Assembly: GCA_965203295.1 (NCBI GenBank)
Contig: CBDBCZ010000017.1
Coordinates: 2,272,001-2,336,000 of the forward strand
DNA: 64,000 nt
DNA from: Nitrospirales bacterium
Lineage (GTDB): Bacteria; Nitrospirota; Nitrospiria; Nitrospirales; UBA8639
Direction: 5' to 3'
The notes under the pieces are model-generated. The model saw only the letters and a list, made by a program, of their open reading frames with translations. It was not told the origin of the DNA and did not search any database. Shown here piece by piece: positions 14,401-25,100 of this stretch (within the stretch, counting starts at the first letter, position 1; each line of letters opens with the position of its first letter). The translations under genes were made by a program, and so were the position numbers.

Positions 14401-14933
14401 TCTTTCACATAAAACTCCTTTGCAACAGGCTTAAGCTCTGCCAATGCATACCTGCCTCGTTGGGAAGCACATATTCTCCCCCTGTGCTTCTGATAGTACT
14501 TTTTGTACCATTTGAGCTTGGCTGCAGCAGTCCTGGCATAATACATGCGAGCTGCTACCCTTTTCTTATCGGGGTCAGCCCTGTAACTAGCACGGGAGGC
14601 TGCCTTCTTCTTATCAGGGTCAGCTTTGTAACTAGCGCGGGACGCTGCCTTCTTCTTATCGGGGTCAGCTCTATAGTTAGCACGGGAGGCTGCCCGAGAA
14701 GCTGCCTTCCTCTTATCAGGGTTAGTCCGGTAACTGGCACGAGAGGCTACCCGAGAAGCTGCCTTCTTCTTATCAGGGTTAGTGCTGTAATTGACACGGG
14801 AGGCTGCCCGGGAAGCTGCCTTTTTTTTATCTGGGTTGGCCCTATAACGGGCACAACAGGCTGACTTTACACTTTCCCTGTTTGCAAGGTACTGTTGTTT
14901 ATTCTGGGCCCTTTTCTTCCTCAAATTGCGCAT
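8463..14933 (-). CDS. Helentron-type Rep/helicase transposase (HUH Rep + PIF1 helicase) with C-terminal OTU cysteine protease, 2156 aa
   Basis: Rep motifs are PTLFLTFSC, YYWKKEYQARGAPHYH (HUH) and HYVSGYVTK (Y2). PIF1 motifs are GVGGTGKS, IIVDEVSM, GDLLQLQPV and FPLILAYAVTIHKCQGLSL. OTU motifs are GDGNCLFRA...WGTDLE...HYD. The N-terminal part has a Cys-rich region (CCSCERL...CNYCK) and basic repeats. Confidence 0.96.
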   Translation of the reverse strand: MRNLRKKRAQNKQQYLANRESVKSACCARYRANPDKKKAASRAASRVNYSTNPDKKKAASRVASRASYRTNPDKRKAASRAASRANYRADPDKKKAASRASYKADPDKKKAASRASYRADPDKKRVAARMYYARTAAAKLKWYKKYYQKHRGRICASQRGRYALAELKPVAKEFYVKELQQLLLKDDEARVQLVKAYKRQYKSAAKRLPPVMIKAVCRIAAKRLLNKVLQVRKEHAGALLKTARVVSSLDIKGRDDFGEGCHTASSEPFYYDAAYQPVQRACVIPIDENGRCVVANEISSSGNETSKTKGKQPLKWCCSSECKTLTEAEVAAVVSLKQAFEKPMEELRAALYACDSGCPNGHYTKAVVREDAASIVVDLQGHTLPCFNGGGCCSQLRILRAASTHYNVLRMLLNHVYSAITSHLGVLNIDKALSTGDLHFLKEITKVPDFAVLFTNELDCSYEQHIDAAVASPVLKSVESRLLIAHAQVISDLEKEIDDDPEHACCSCERLHQRKSVTKVKLSDSLGFKVWPALKAFIAEQNPDANEQVLYMCNYCKALVKKNEMPPRCVLNGLQTISMPPELAKLDCLSRQLIQRAKCYQTVVRLGTYTAKVPVYNSLKACKGTMFFLPLPFSKTLKTLEEVEHPSTALPEPELYIIVNGRPTKGEVVWRSLVNVDLVKTATKTLKGINWLYKDVDVESVDEAVKRVVEVTNSASSTMLQKASTDDIAGFQAYTIRSLDNKLSSESDIDQYKVLNIKEDPLDNRENFLDVMCFPVLFPTGQFGEHHPRQVKLSHSEYVKSRLLNKDSRYRKDPQYVFFLLWQKEMREISAGVYNLLKSTRRQPMSVSALLHGVATRNEHLEANLCTMLQSVRGTKQYWFAKQSELRCMIRASGPPTLFLTFSCAEYESADIDRYLRKVNDVSPSYSIGKLCTDDPVSVSRKFSLKFHAFFRTVLLKGAVLGEIEHYYWKKEYQARGAPHYHVLLWIRDAPVIGHDDPERVLAWLQERITCHIPDKETDPDLHRLVTRYQMHKCSAYCKRRRKCGRTFITRCRFGFPRQACKTATLNCVDDALKSRRKIYQLPRTELEVRVNDYNPLLLMLWKANVDVQYVAESSLALAHYVSGYVTKAEKSNLQDIWHEVSENKSVYSQLWSFGVRSLRSRECGLYEASDLLLGDHLTEKSDAVKWVDVSLPHKRSRRLKDHKVLEDVAKRDPDSEDIFQDNLLDTHYPRRPSDLEGLCLYDFVANYDYCGTDSNGDRKYRKLTKPRLPNHKLFDPEREDQTEAYYYSLILLFVPFRDESSLLLENETAEEAFRRLLPEDSTCSAYHSRLQKMLQARANIKQINDARQADGEEHKISKQDDDPQLLGEAKTAMKELFDMNAHPADTLSLKQRVAMLNADQRRIFDKVKDHLLHQQQHEADECSCDLSPLRMFVSGVGGTGKSFLIETVKALVHDLWPSDDLTCAIAAPTGLAAFNVGGITIHRLFQLPIEHEGKTAQYWALPKSSRKVMKTTLRSVKIIIVDEVSMVSSLNFAYMHLRLEELFGSQDWFGSKNVLFVGDLLQLQPVNGLPVFEKITQKSLQYRLGCATSVNIWKDAIAYDELTINERQKQDGEFSSMLDCVRCGHPTDETLSILQKRVIQGSVADKFVELQQSQQSPVCLFPRRKECDHFNNEMLSRLSSQVHKLLCTDEVDETYSTRKWSKKAAEQLDKLNKDCNLTAGLEAQLLLAVGARVMLRRNIDTNAGLVNGAIGTVLTIRSDHVSVQFDHISEPYDVEKVKSRFMVMKNFYVYRKQFPLILAYAVTIHKCQGLSLDCAIVDLSDKVFSAGMAYVAISRVRTLAGVHLVAFDPSSIMVSTSCLKEVNRLRQVYRPDLKPYPLLVKPTTGTKRKLTGNTPCIEPESKKTRLSRKRKHLGELPCSSKLEAKKPKHSPPTSKSSLDVSDGTVIYCGSEHCTPPNAINRPLPDDLWQRQKICVLSQYSEMSVVDKVSSPDRVRSLQCNEISPHIRVRVQGDGNCLFRAISRHVTGTESNHYAVRKAAVNYLHQNSSLIEYILIGVDAPVEPNERRVFFNTKVHEYLENSHMAEFGEWGTDLEVFLLSCMLDVNIVVRQNFGPGRAWQCIGPSVHGLNIVHNYALYLYNTRALDHYDCVIPVLD

Positions 14934-15808
14934 ATTGAATACCCGGTACCTTGTATTTGCAACTCGACTGCACTGAACTGGCCCACACCGTACTTGACTG
15001 GTTCACACCGGACAGGACTAGAATGGAAGGAAAAATGGAAATGCTTACACTTCCGTGTATATTACTATAGTGCATGGGAAGATATAAGCACTGTGCAGGG
15101 GTACATGTATACAGAGGTTTGCAAGTTTGTCCACAGGAGAAGGCAAATAGGCAGTGGCTCTATAATTAGGTTAAGCTGTCAGAATCAAAGGCTAACAGTC
15201 TTGCCTATTGCACTAAAGAATCTCAACCACTGCCATGATATATCTGCCATAATATGGATACACACAGGTTAGTGTACTACAATTAGTGGTCAAAATGGAA
15301 CAGCTGGTGTGAATGAATCTCATTAAAAAGCCATATAACAGAGGAAGTAGCCACAGTGTGTTACTAGCTATGTAAGCACAGCATGTCATAATCTTGTTCC
15401 AGCTGCATCCTACATGTATATACTAAGGGACGTAGCTTGATACGCTTTTATGCTTAGGCCATCCAGAAAAGATTGCTCGATTACAGTAACCTGACCTGCC
15501 CAGTTTTGGCTTTTGGTAGCCAAATTTTTTCTTCCTGTATGAATCTCATTAACCACTATGTTGTCACATGCTATGTAAGCGTATGTTTTCAACCATGCCT
15601 GTTTCTACTAACCTTGGCCTTGGTGCTTGTGTGTCAGTAGAGTCTGGAGTGCAGACGCTAGTAACGGACAAGCTACTGCAAATCTGTTTTGACATGCGGG
15701 TTAGTTACCATTTCCTGCCTCTTAATTAGTGGGCGGGACTATATACTTTCCATTTCCTGTCTTTTAAGTAGTGGGCGGGACTACCTCTGAAGCCATCTAC
15801 CAACCAAT

Positions 15809-16084
15809 TAGTCTCGTGCCCAGCCCCAAGTTAGGAAGGTGGGTCTGGCTCCCCGCATATTCAAAGTTGGGGTAGCATTACGTCAGCGGTCCCAGATCTG
15901 GACCGGCAATCTGATTGGTTACTTATAGTATTACATCACTAAACGGTTGTAGTATCCGGATATCTACACGAATGGCCACGTGGACACTTTCCGTTTGGTG
16001 ATGTAATATGATGTAACGCTAACCCAACTTTGAATATACGGGGAGCCAGACCCACTTCCTAACGTGGGGCTGAGCACGAGACTA
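15809..16084. mobile_element. MITE with long TIRs and 9-bp TSD (Mutator-like)
   Basis: tagtctcgtgcccagccccaagttaggaag... pairs with ...cttcctaacgtggggctgagcacgagacta. It is flanked by ccaaccaat at 15800-15808 and 16085-16093. Confidence 0.9.
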
Positions 16085-18142
16085 CCAACCAATGGCCCTA
16101 TCTGGGAAGCCAGACTCCGTTATGTAAACAAGCAATCTTTTCTGGATGGACTTACTGTATATACCTACTAATAATGCACTATGTATACAGTATCTATGGT
16201 ATATAATATATCAACCAAATTCTATGGGTGCCAGTTTGTAAATGCACACATGTATAGATATAAATAAATGAGGGGTCGCATTATTAAATAACAGTCTCCA
16301 TTTACATATGAGATGGTGCATTCATACATGAGGGCCTCTATATCACATTACATGTTCACGTACTGTATGGGCATTCGTACATGTGGCTGATTCGAGTTGC
16401 CAGCCCCTAAATGAGGCCCGCAGTTATAAATGCAGCCCCTCATATATAAATGTAGCCCGTCATATACATATGGAGACTCTGAATTATGAATACACCCACT
16501 TATATATACCGATTGGCTTCGGTTCAGGCTAAATGTAGCTGCCGGAACTTCCTCTGACCACAGACTCGGTTAAGAATGTACCGTTGTTTATTTTGTCCCT
16601 TTGCTTCTATAACATTACGCGTTGCATTCATAGTACCTTGTAATTCCAACTGGACCGCACTGGAGTGGCCCACACTACTGGGTCACACTGGACTGGAGAC
16701 TGGAATGGAAGGGAAAATGGAGATGCTCAGATTTCCGTTTATGTTATGTAGCTTGATTTGTTTTTAACACCTTAGAGACCAATTTTAAAGCATCAATCAA
16801 GCTAATGTCGAAGATGACGACTGCTAGCAACTTTCCAGACCTCTCCAACTTGGTTCTACAGCAGTCTGTACCGTGCCATCTGCAACCAGAGCGGCAATCA
16901 AGTTCAAAATGCGGGTTGTCCAGTAGCTAGTCAGTCATGAACGCTCTTATTACTAGCTGATGCTTCAGGAGAACTGCTAACTGCACGAACACTTTTTGCC
17001 TGTGCTAGTATGCAGCAAATCAACAACAGCACATGTAGCTCGCGATACATAACAAAGGCAGATATACGAGGTAAAAAATTTGCCGCGTCTGGACAACCCC
17101 ACCGTGCGGACACCCCTCATTTACACTACTACACACACAGTATACCTTGTAATTCCAACTGAGCGGGAGGGAACTGTACGTGCTGAACTGGCACAGTTGA
17201 CTGCAATACGTAGAAGAGAAAAGCCAAATTATGTTTGGTTTTTAGTCTGCCGTTGTTTTAATATACATGGCCCTTTTCATCAATACGCATACTGCACACT
17301 CAGTACGTACCTTGTATTAATTCCAAGAACAGAAACAACTACAATCCGAAAACTTGAATATTGCTTTAACAAACAGCTCGACTACAGGAAGGAGAAACTC
17401 CACTGAGAGCAATAGAGCAGTACATCCGGTGTAGAGAAATTTATATTGCAATCAAGCGCAAACTCTGGACTAAACCGGACGGCACCGGTCTGAACTGGTC
17501 TGAACTGGACTGATCCGGAATAGAAGGGAAAATCCAAACGCTCAATTTGTTCACGTTATCGTTATGAATATTGGTATATCCAAAATGGCGTGATAAAACC
17601 AGCGTTCACTCGAGCAGCCTAGTGCGAGCAAGCCTGCACATCAAAGGTAGGCATTAAATAGAGGAACACAAGAAGCCTGCGCATGCGTAATCCGAGTCAT
17701 TAAATGGCGTAAAACGGCAAGCGTCACCTCGAGAGTACTTGTAAATCGCTGCTGAACCTGTTGGATTTCTTTGAAAACGTTATGCTACGAGTGCAATACC
17801 CCAGGGAATATCTAGCTTGTTCGCGCTTGAATCATTGTGATGGGTTTAGCCATTATTGTGCTAGCCTGGCTGAAGAAAGAAACAAAGAAGAATTATATAG
17901 TTCATTAGGCCCCTCCCCCCCCAGTGTAGCGACTTACCGGTCTGCTACTCCAGGGAAGCTTTCTAGCACCGCTAACAGTTTTGTTGATGACGAAAACACT
18001 CGAGATGTCATGGCATGGCTCATAAAAGCCTGTGACTATAATCAGAGGCGAGTTCTGAACGTATGATTTTGTACGCGTTATATGGGGCCGCCATTTTTTT
18101 CCCGTGCCATCCCTACATATGGAGTACTACCGTACTCCATGA

Positions 18143-20477
18143 TAGGAAATCAGTTAGCCGCTATAAATTTCTAACTACATGTATTATATATTTCAGAGGG
18201 GGATCAGTGTGCAACTTGCTGTGTGCGTATAGATTTCTCTAACGTACAGCTTTACTTGTTAAGCTTCAGCCATACCATAGCCAACTCTTGTATCATGAGT
18301 TGCCTCCTTTCAAACAATTCACAGCAGACAAGTACAAGCTAGCTGTATAAATATGATTCTGCTATTGCAGGTCAATGTAACTTCATTGATGTTTTTCAAC
18401 TACCATGACCACAGATGGAGATAAGGAGCCTCACAGCAGCAGTGCTTCATCCTGCAGCTCCATGCAGAAGCAGTATCCCTACGACACAGGTGTCAATTTT
18501 TTAAGAAGTACAGTTTTGTTCAATATGCATGTATGCACAGTGTGTATTACATGTACATCGCAAACTCTTCAGCTTTCAGCTGAGCTACTTGCTATGTACG
18601 TGTACAGGTAGATGTAGCTGTAGACATGTCCATGTACATGTCAATTCTATACTGGAGGATGAATTAATTGCGAGAGTTTGTCACAGGAACGTGTATGTAG
18701 TGTGTAAACACTGTGCAAGTCAGACCACCTGTAAAGATATGGACAGGATCTCCAAATTGTGTGCAACTGCTAGCAACATTACAATACTGCCAGAGTAGTG
18801 ACTCTTGAGTGGTCAGCTAGCATAGAGTGATAAGTGTGGCTAGGCCTTAGTGTGAGATCATTATGGAGTATGTTGCAGAGCAGACCTGCACATCTGAACA
18901 CTTTATTAGACCCCATCAGTTATCACTGTCTTTGGCTTTACTTTACTTTAGCTGTCTATAACACGACTACTGCTAATACATACCAGTGACTATCACCTTT
19001 TAACAAAATCCTTAGTCACAGTCTGTTACGCATGTATACGTATTGGCAACTGCCGTCAGCCAGTGATATGTATTTTTTAGATGCAGTTGCTAGCATGCAG
19101 AGAAGCAGCCTCAAGCAACGTATTTCCTTCTTCTTTTTCGTTTAGCCCATTTCAATACAACTGTATCAGATCCCAGTTTTCCACACCAAGGAAGGAATAG
19201 GCACGGTAGGTTCGATTTGTTGGAATGTAAGTCTGCACTATTGGTTTCATTTGAGTCGGACATTCAATACCACTATTCTAGATCTGTGGTACATAAATTA
19301 TTGGAAAGCAGAGCAGAAATATTGTAGAGACTGTGTATAGTTCTGAACTAACCCTGTCAAGGCTGCATGGGCATCATGCATATGAAACACACACACACAT
19401 TTTTCATCTTTAGCTTGTAATAGACTTTACTAGTTTGGGTTACTCTCTGCTGCAGACTAATCGTTTCATGTTTAACTGACTGTTCATGTTACATGTAGTT
19501 GTGGTGCTTTCACAGTTAGTTTCAAAGTAATGTATACAATCTTTTGCATACGTAGCTATGTTTCTATGGAGGAGCACCTGGAATCATGTGAAAATCTTTT
19601 GCAAGAAATGATATCTGGTGTAGAAATGCTGAAGAAACAGGTCTGTATCACTTCAGACTGCCAGTATAAACCTGTATGTATGTAAGTACCTACGTACATG
19701 TATGTATGTTAATTACACATTTGGTCAACAGCATGGGCAGGTGCATGTTGAAACTTACTTGCATACAAAGCATGTGGCATACTACGTTCTACTGTAGACC
19801 ACACGTTTATCCAGAAAGGAGTGTCTGTGTCTACAGTACCATTCATACACTGCTATACATGCAGTATGTTAGAGCAAGTATGACTGTCTCATATTATGTC
19901 TACACTGCTGTACATGCAGCATGTATGACTATCACGTGATGTGGCTCAGCTTTAAAGTGAAACGTACTACGTAACATGCTTCCTTGGCAGTATTCTATTA
20001 CCATAAGAGTGTATGGAACTTGTGAAATGTTATCTTTAACAGCTAGCTGACACTGAGAGCTAACTGCAGTCTGCTACCAGCCGTAGCTCTTCACTCCGGA
20101 AAGAGCTGATGGGCAAAGATGCCACTGTGACTTCACTGACTCAGGAAAACCGGAGATTACAGGAGGAGAGCAAACTTTCTGCAAGGCGCTCCTCTCAACT
20201 GAAACAAGAGTGTAGAGAAAGACGTACATCTTATTAATGCTTCCCTTCAAAAGCAGGTCAACATCATGTGCACTGTATACATATGTGTGTCATGTACATA
20301 ACATTGGGTATGGTGATTCTGTGCACATACAGCTCTTGTATGCATGTACGTCTATGTTTGGACTAGGGCAATGTACATGTTCACACCTTCCGGATTTTAA
20401 AGGTATTGTTAACTTGAAGGCCTGGTACTCGGGCAATAACCCGGGACTATTTATTTGAATTATAAGTGCCCAGTTAC
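18143..20477. repeat. Tandem segmental duplication, copy A part 2 (matches 31886-34202)
   Basis: Colinear near-identity from taggaaa(t/c)cagttagccg to ...gtgcccagttac. Confidence 0.96.
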
Positions 20478-20545
20478 GCTTACCAGAAGATTGTGTTAGC
20501 AGTAAAGAAGCTACTTTACTGTATCATACCTCCTAAAACCAGAGC

Positions 20546-20586
20546 CCAGCTGGGAGTTGAACCCAAGACCTTCTGATTGTTAGTCA
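20546..20586 (-). other. tRNA-derived (SINE-head-like) fragment
   Basis: The minus strand reads tgactaacaatcagaaggtcttgggttcaactcccagctgg, an anticodon-arm-like stretch plus a B-box. There is no full cloverleaf. Confidence 0.45.
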
Positions 20587-23500
20587 ATAGGCAAGTTTTA
20601 TACGTTGCTACTAAACCCGCTAGAAGCACTCTCCAATATGACCTGTCAATATTAACTGTAATTACTCTCTTAAGATAGTATCATGCAGCACCCATGTATG
20701 TGTTGCTGCTCTCTTCTGTTATTATGTTTCATGTTGCATACATACAACAGGTGAAAAGTTGACAGAACTAAATAATGATCTTCAAAGGTAAATGTGTAGA
20801 AAGTAACTGTCAATTATTGGAGTATGGAGAAACAGGATGTTCAAATCATATGTAGTATTCTGAATCACTACGATGCACACTTAGTAATACATTTAATATG
20901 CTTTCAACACTTGATATGCTGTGATTCACTCTCACTTGCTGTCAGTGAGTATGTTTTGAGCTTGTAAAGTACAGTAGAACAGTAATGCAATATCACCGGT
21001 TTCCAAAGCTATACTTCCAGCTGCTGCGGTGCATATGTATATGTGTGGGTGTTCAAACTTACGTAACATTAGATGTTAGATTTATGCACCGTGCACTGTC
21101 TTCTTTGCTACTGTACATGACTGTGTATTAATACATATTTGTAATATGATTTTGCGAATGATATTCAGCTTCCTGTTCTTTAGAGATTAAAACAAAGCCA
21201 AGCTAATGAAGAGAAGCTCAGCGGTAAAACTTACCAAGAAGATAAAAGACGATGCTACTGCTAAACAGGTAAGTAGTATTAAATTGAAACCACATGGCTG
21301 TTTTGTAGGTTTATCGTTCATGTATGTAACACTGTCAAGCTCTCATCTTCTCATTAGGTTGACAGCTTAAATCACAAGATTTTTTAGAAGACCAAGTTTC
21401 TGAAGCAAAAGAGAGAGAGAGTAACCGTACTTGCTAATGCGAAACATAAGGTACACATGCGAAAATCCTTTTGTAAAATATTCTAATGTACTAGGCCGGG
21501 TTACGTATATCATATAACATTGATCGGTTGTTGGATAGTATGAATATGTACTCACCAACTGCTTTCAGGCTATGTTTGTCCATTACGAGGTGAGAAACAT
21601 GTTGACCTCCAGTGATAATAGAATGAAGAAATATACTCTATGACAGCTTTTCAATCTCATGAATCACTACTGAGAGCCACAGTCATGCCCATTGCTACAT
21701 GGTGTGAGATTATATCGCAGGCTGGCTGCTTGAGAATAACTTGTTTATGCTATGCATATGTCATTGTGTATGGGTGCCGGTGTTATGTATACCCGTCGCG
21801 TGTGTATGCCTCTTGTGCATACAGATGTCCACTTTATGTGAGCAGCTGGTTACCCTAGCCTCCAACAGGCTGTCTCAGAGCACTGACATCAGCCCTGAAG
21901 CAGCTACTAGTGCTGTGACAACACTGGTGGAGGAGAACACACATCTGAAAGAGGACATTGAAAGAGTGACTCAACAACTACAGCAGGTTAGACTCTTGCC
22001 ACATAGAGTTGTGTGTTTCTTGATGCTACTCCAGTAATCTACATTTCCATACACCATGTACGCAGAAAAACAGTGTACATATTTATTGTATACATATATA
22101 CCTACATCATTCATTCATTTCTGGAGCACTGTGTTCTGCAAAAAATCAGTAACACACTGTATAAGTGTATAAGTACGGCAAAGAAGCAGAGGTGCAGGTG
22201 TATACGCAGGAAATATGGTTAAGAATCATTGCTGTTGTTGCTGGTGGTAATAGAAAATCTCTCTGCATAAACAAACTGATTCATGCATCATCGAACACAC
22301 TTTGGGAAGTAAAGGTTCCATAGCCTGCAGCATATATATTGAGATCTACGACTGAAATATTCCTTAATCTTTAGTATAATATACACTCCAGGCCCTATGT
22401 TATGGCAGTACTATAATTATAGTAACTACGTATACAGGCACGTATGTATTTTAGTTACTGCGTATATGTACATGTACGTTTAATGTGTTTATTGCCACTT
22501 CCTGTATTTCATACAGCTGCAAGACAGTCATTCTGCTGTGTGTTCTGGAGTTCATAGTGTTGTTGAGTGCTTTCTGGGAATGAAGGTGATGCACTTCATT
22601 GTAGTAGTAACTTGCATGTAAAAAGTTTTTAATAATATATGGTTGAACAGGAAGATCTGGCTCTTTGCTGGCCAAGGGCACATTTATGAACCCAGAAAAA
22701 GTGTGAACTTTTTCTGATTCTATATTAGTACCCAAAAATCCATATGGATTCACATTGAACTATATTGGAGAAAACCTTGCCTGGTTAAGAGCCGGCTAGC
22801 TAGCTTGTAAAGTAATGAAAAGTGTGTGAATGGTGAGATTTCTATGTGATAGATACGTTTCTACCATACACATATTCAGTTTGTTTAAAGCAGGAACCTA
22901 ATAAAATGCCTATAATTTTATAGTGGTTTCATGGTATAAACAGTTTATTTTACTGCTTCTAATTCTCTACCTTGAACATACGTACATATTTCCATAGAGT
23001 ATACATGTATGAGCATACATATGCCCACTGCTATTCACAGCCTACGTAATCGAAAATTACTGCCCTACAATTTTTTTAAAGCCAATATTGTTAAACTATG
23101 TACTGTCAAGATGACATTTTTCTATAGGCATTCTTATTGTTACAAGTATCATATGTGCTCTCATCTAAAGACCACATGCACCGTAACATACCCCACAATT
23201 AACTGACAATTGGGGTTTGGCAACGTACTGGAGATGGGTTTGGCTCTGCTATTGACTGAAGGTTAGAATCGTAAATTCCACCAGTTTTAAACAAATTTTG
23301 AATGACACATGAAATTTTTCATGTTTTCATGTATCAAACGAAAAGAACAGCTGGATACTAAATGTATTGTTCCCAGGCCAAAATACACATACACACATAC
23401 ACATGAGCTACATATATATGTAACTGAGGTTCCATGCTGCAACACAACATGAGAGTAGGTGCTACATACTACATGTAGCCTCGTTCCTAGGCTCTACTTC

Positions 23501-24249
23501 CCAGCTTTTTTGTTTGCGCACGTAATAATTATTTTACTATGTGCGAAAAAAAAACTGGGAAATAAGTAGATATGGTTGTCGAGAATGCATCAAAAGTGCA
23601 GAAACTGGAATGAATACGCCTATATTATACCCATAGTAATCCTGGTCATGCTGGTCACAATAGTTGTGAATATGTAAGTATACTTCTACAGGTTGTCTCG
23701 TATTGAAATAGAGCACAGTGAAGCCCTCTCTGGGGCTGTGGCTGCAATGAAACAGGATGAAGAGCAGAGGCTACTAAAGGTTGTAGAGACGACTAAACAG
23801 GAGGAGCAAGTAAGTGACATACAATCATTGTAATATGAGCATATCTCAGACTGGATATTGCATACTGAGTCATGTACAATGCAAGCAGAACGTTAACAGA
23901 CGGATGCTCAGATTTGGTGTGTACGTACATGTAGATTAAATGTGTGTGGCTTGCAGAACAAAAATTAATAACCAATATTAGGGAATTTTTCGGCCTTTTA
24001 CAAGTCTGATTCAGAATAAGCATATCTTCTTTAGCCTAATTGTGTTTCCGAGAGTTTCTTGTACCCATGCAAGTGTTACTAGTGTTGTCCCAGTAGATCA
24101 AAGGCATTAGTGTGCTGGACAAAAGTGTTGTCACTGTTACATGTACATGCAAACATTCTCAAAACTGCCTACCCAAACCTTAACTCAAAGCCGCTTTCCT
24201 AATGTCGAGAATAGCAGTTTGGAATCTACGTATTTAGCTAGTAGCATCT

Positions 24250-24317
24250 TAGTCTATCGAGCTAGACCCTCCTCTATGCTTAGCTAAGCGCAGAGGAGGG
24301 TCTAGCTCGATAGACTA
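24250..24317. mobile_element. 68-bp hairpin micro-MITE with 9-bp TSD
   Basis: tagtctatcgagctagaccctcctct...agaggagggtctagctcgatagacta is a near-perfect palindrome. gtagcatct lies on both sides (24241-24249, 24318-24326). Confidence 0.92.
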
Positions 24318-24329
24318 GTAGCATCTAAA

Positions 24330-25100
24330 AAGATACTTGGCTGCTCTTCTGAAACGTGTAATGAAGCAGTAAGGGAATATGGGGTTTAAGTTGAGGTCTG
24401 GTACAAATGGTCTGAATGAAGAGTTAGGAAGATAAAAATGATGATAGGCAGTGTTGGTTATGTGGGAAAGAATGTGAGAGTGTAGTTCACGTGCTCCGAC
24501 CGGCAATTCACAAGGACTGGGCACTCAATAGATTGAGGTTTTTTTGGTTGAGTGGCTAGCAAGCCCTCTGTGATGGTATCAATAACGTCTAATCAAGTGG
24601 CTGGTAAAGTTGTGTCGACATGTTAATATCTACTTGTCTTTTATGGATTGTATAGAATGTTCACTTATGTTACAAAGATAATTTAATTCTATAACTAATG
24701 TAAGAAGAAAACTAGGAGAATAATACGGAGAATAGCAATAATCTCAAGCCTGTTAGGCATTCCTTTTCTCATCAGGATATTCTCGGGATCATGAACAGCC
24801 CCAACATACACGTATGTATGTATCTATGTCTGTTACCGAGATGAGCAGCACTAATCCCTTCATCTTGAAGCCCTCTAACTTGGTTGGCCATGATGCTAGT
24901 GTGTGTGTGTGGTGATGGCTGATACGTATACCTATTTTCCATTATGAAAGGAGAAAACAGGCTTTTACTCCCCCAATGGACTGGATGATTGGCGTGTTGT
25001 TGCCCTTGATCATAGTGTTTATCCACCACTGGGCCAAAGTGCTTTACTAGTGATCCTAGTAGTTTATATATATGGACAATCTTCATTCTCACCTTACCTG
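24330..25100 (-). pseudogene. Decayed RecQ-like helicase fragment
   Basis: SIMANQVRGLQDEGISAAHLG resembles RecQ motif Ia (SLMxDQV..L...GI.A..LG). It is preceded by a frameshifted GSKSL (motif I-like). Confidence 0.4.

Larger units (their letters stand above)
4601..18142. mobile_element. Helentron/Helitron2-type rolling-circle transposon region, ~13.5 kb
   Basis: Absent from the duplicate copy, where 31885/31886 joins the 4600 and 18143 flanks. It contains the RepHel ORF. A 15-bp inverted pair, atgtagggatggcac (4634) and gtgccatccctacat (18104), is followed by the hairpin atggagtac-tacc-gtactccat (18119-18140). The exact left end is uncertain. Confidence 0.85.

Noticed and set aside
8614..14864. 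Numerous short ORFs overlapping RepHel
   Set aside because: They are antisense or alternate-frame shadows of the long ORF, with no motifs.
20546..20586. Functional tRNA gene
   Set aside because: Only a 3'-half-like fragment with a B-box is present; there is no D-arm or acceptor stem.
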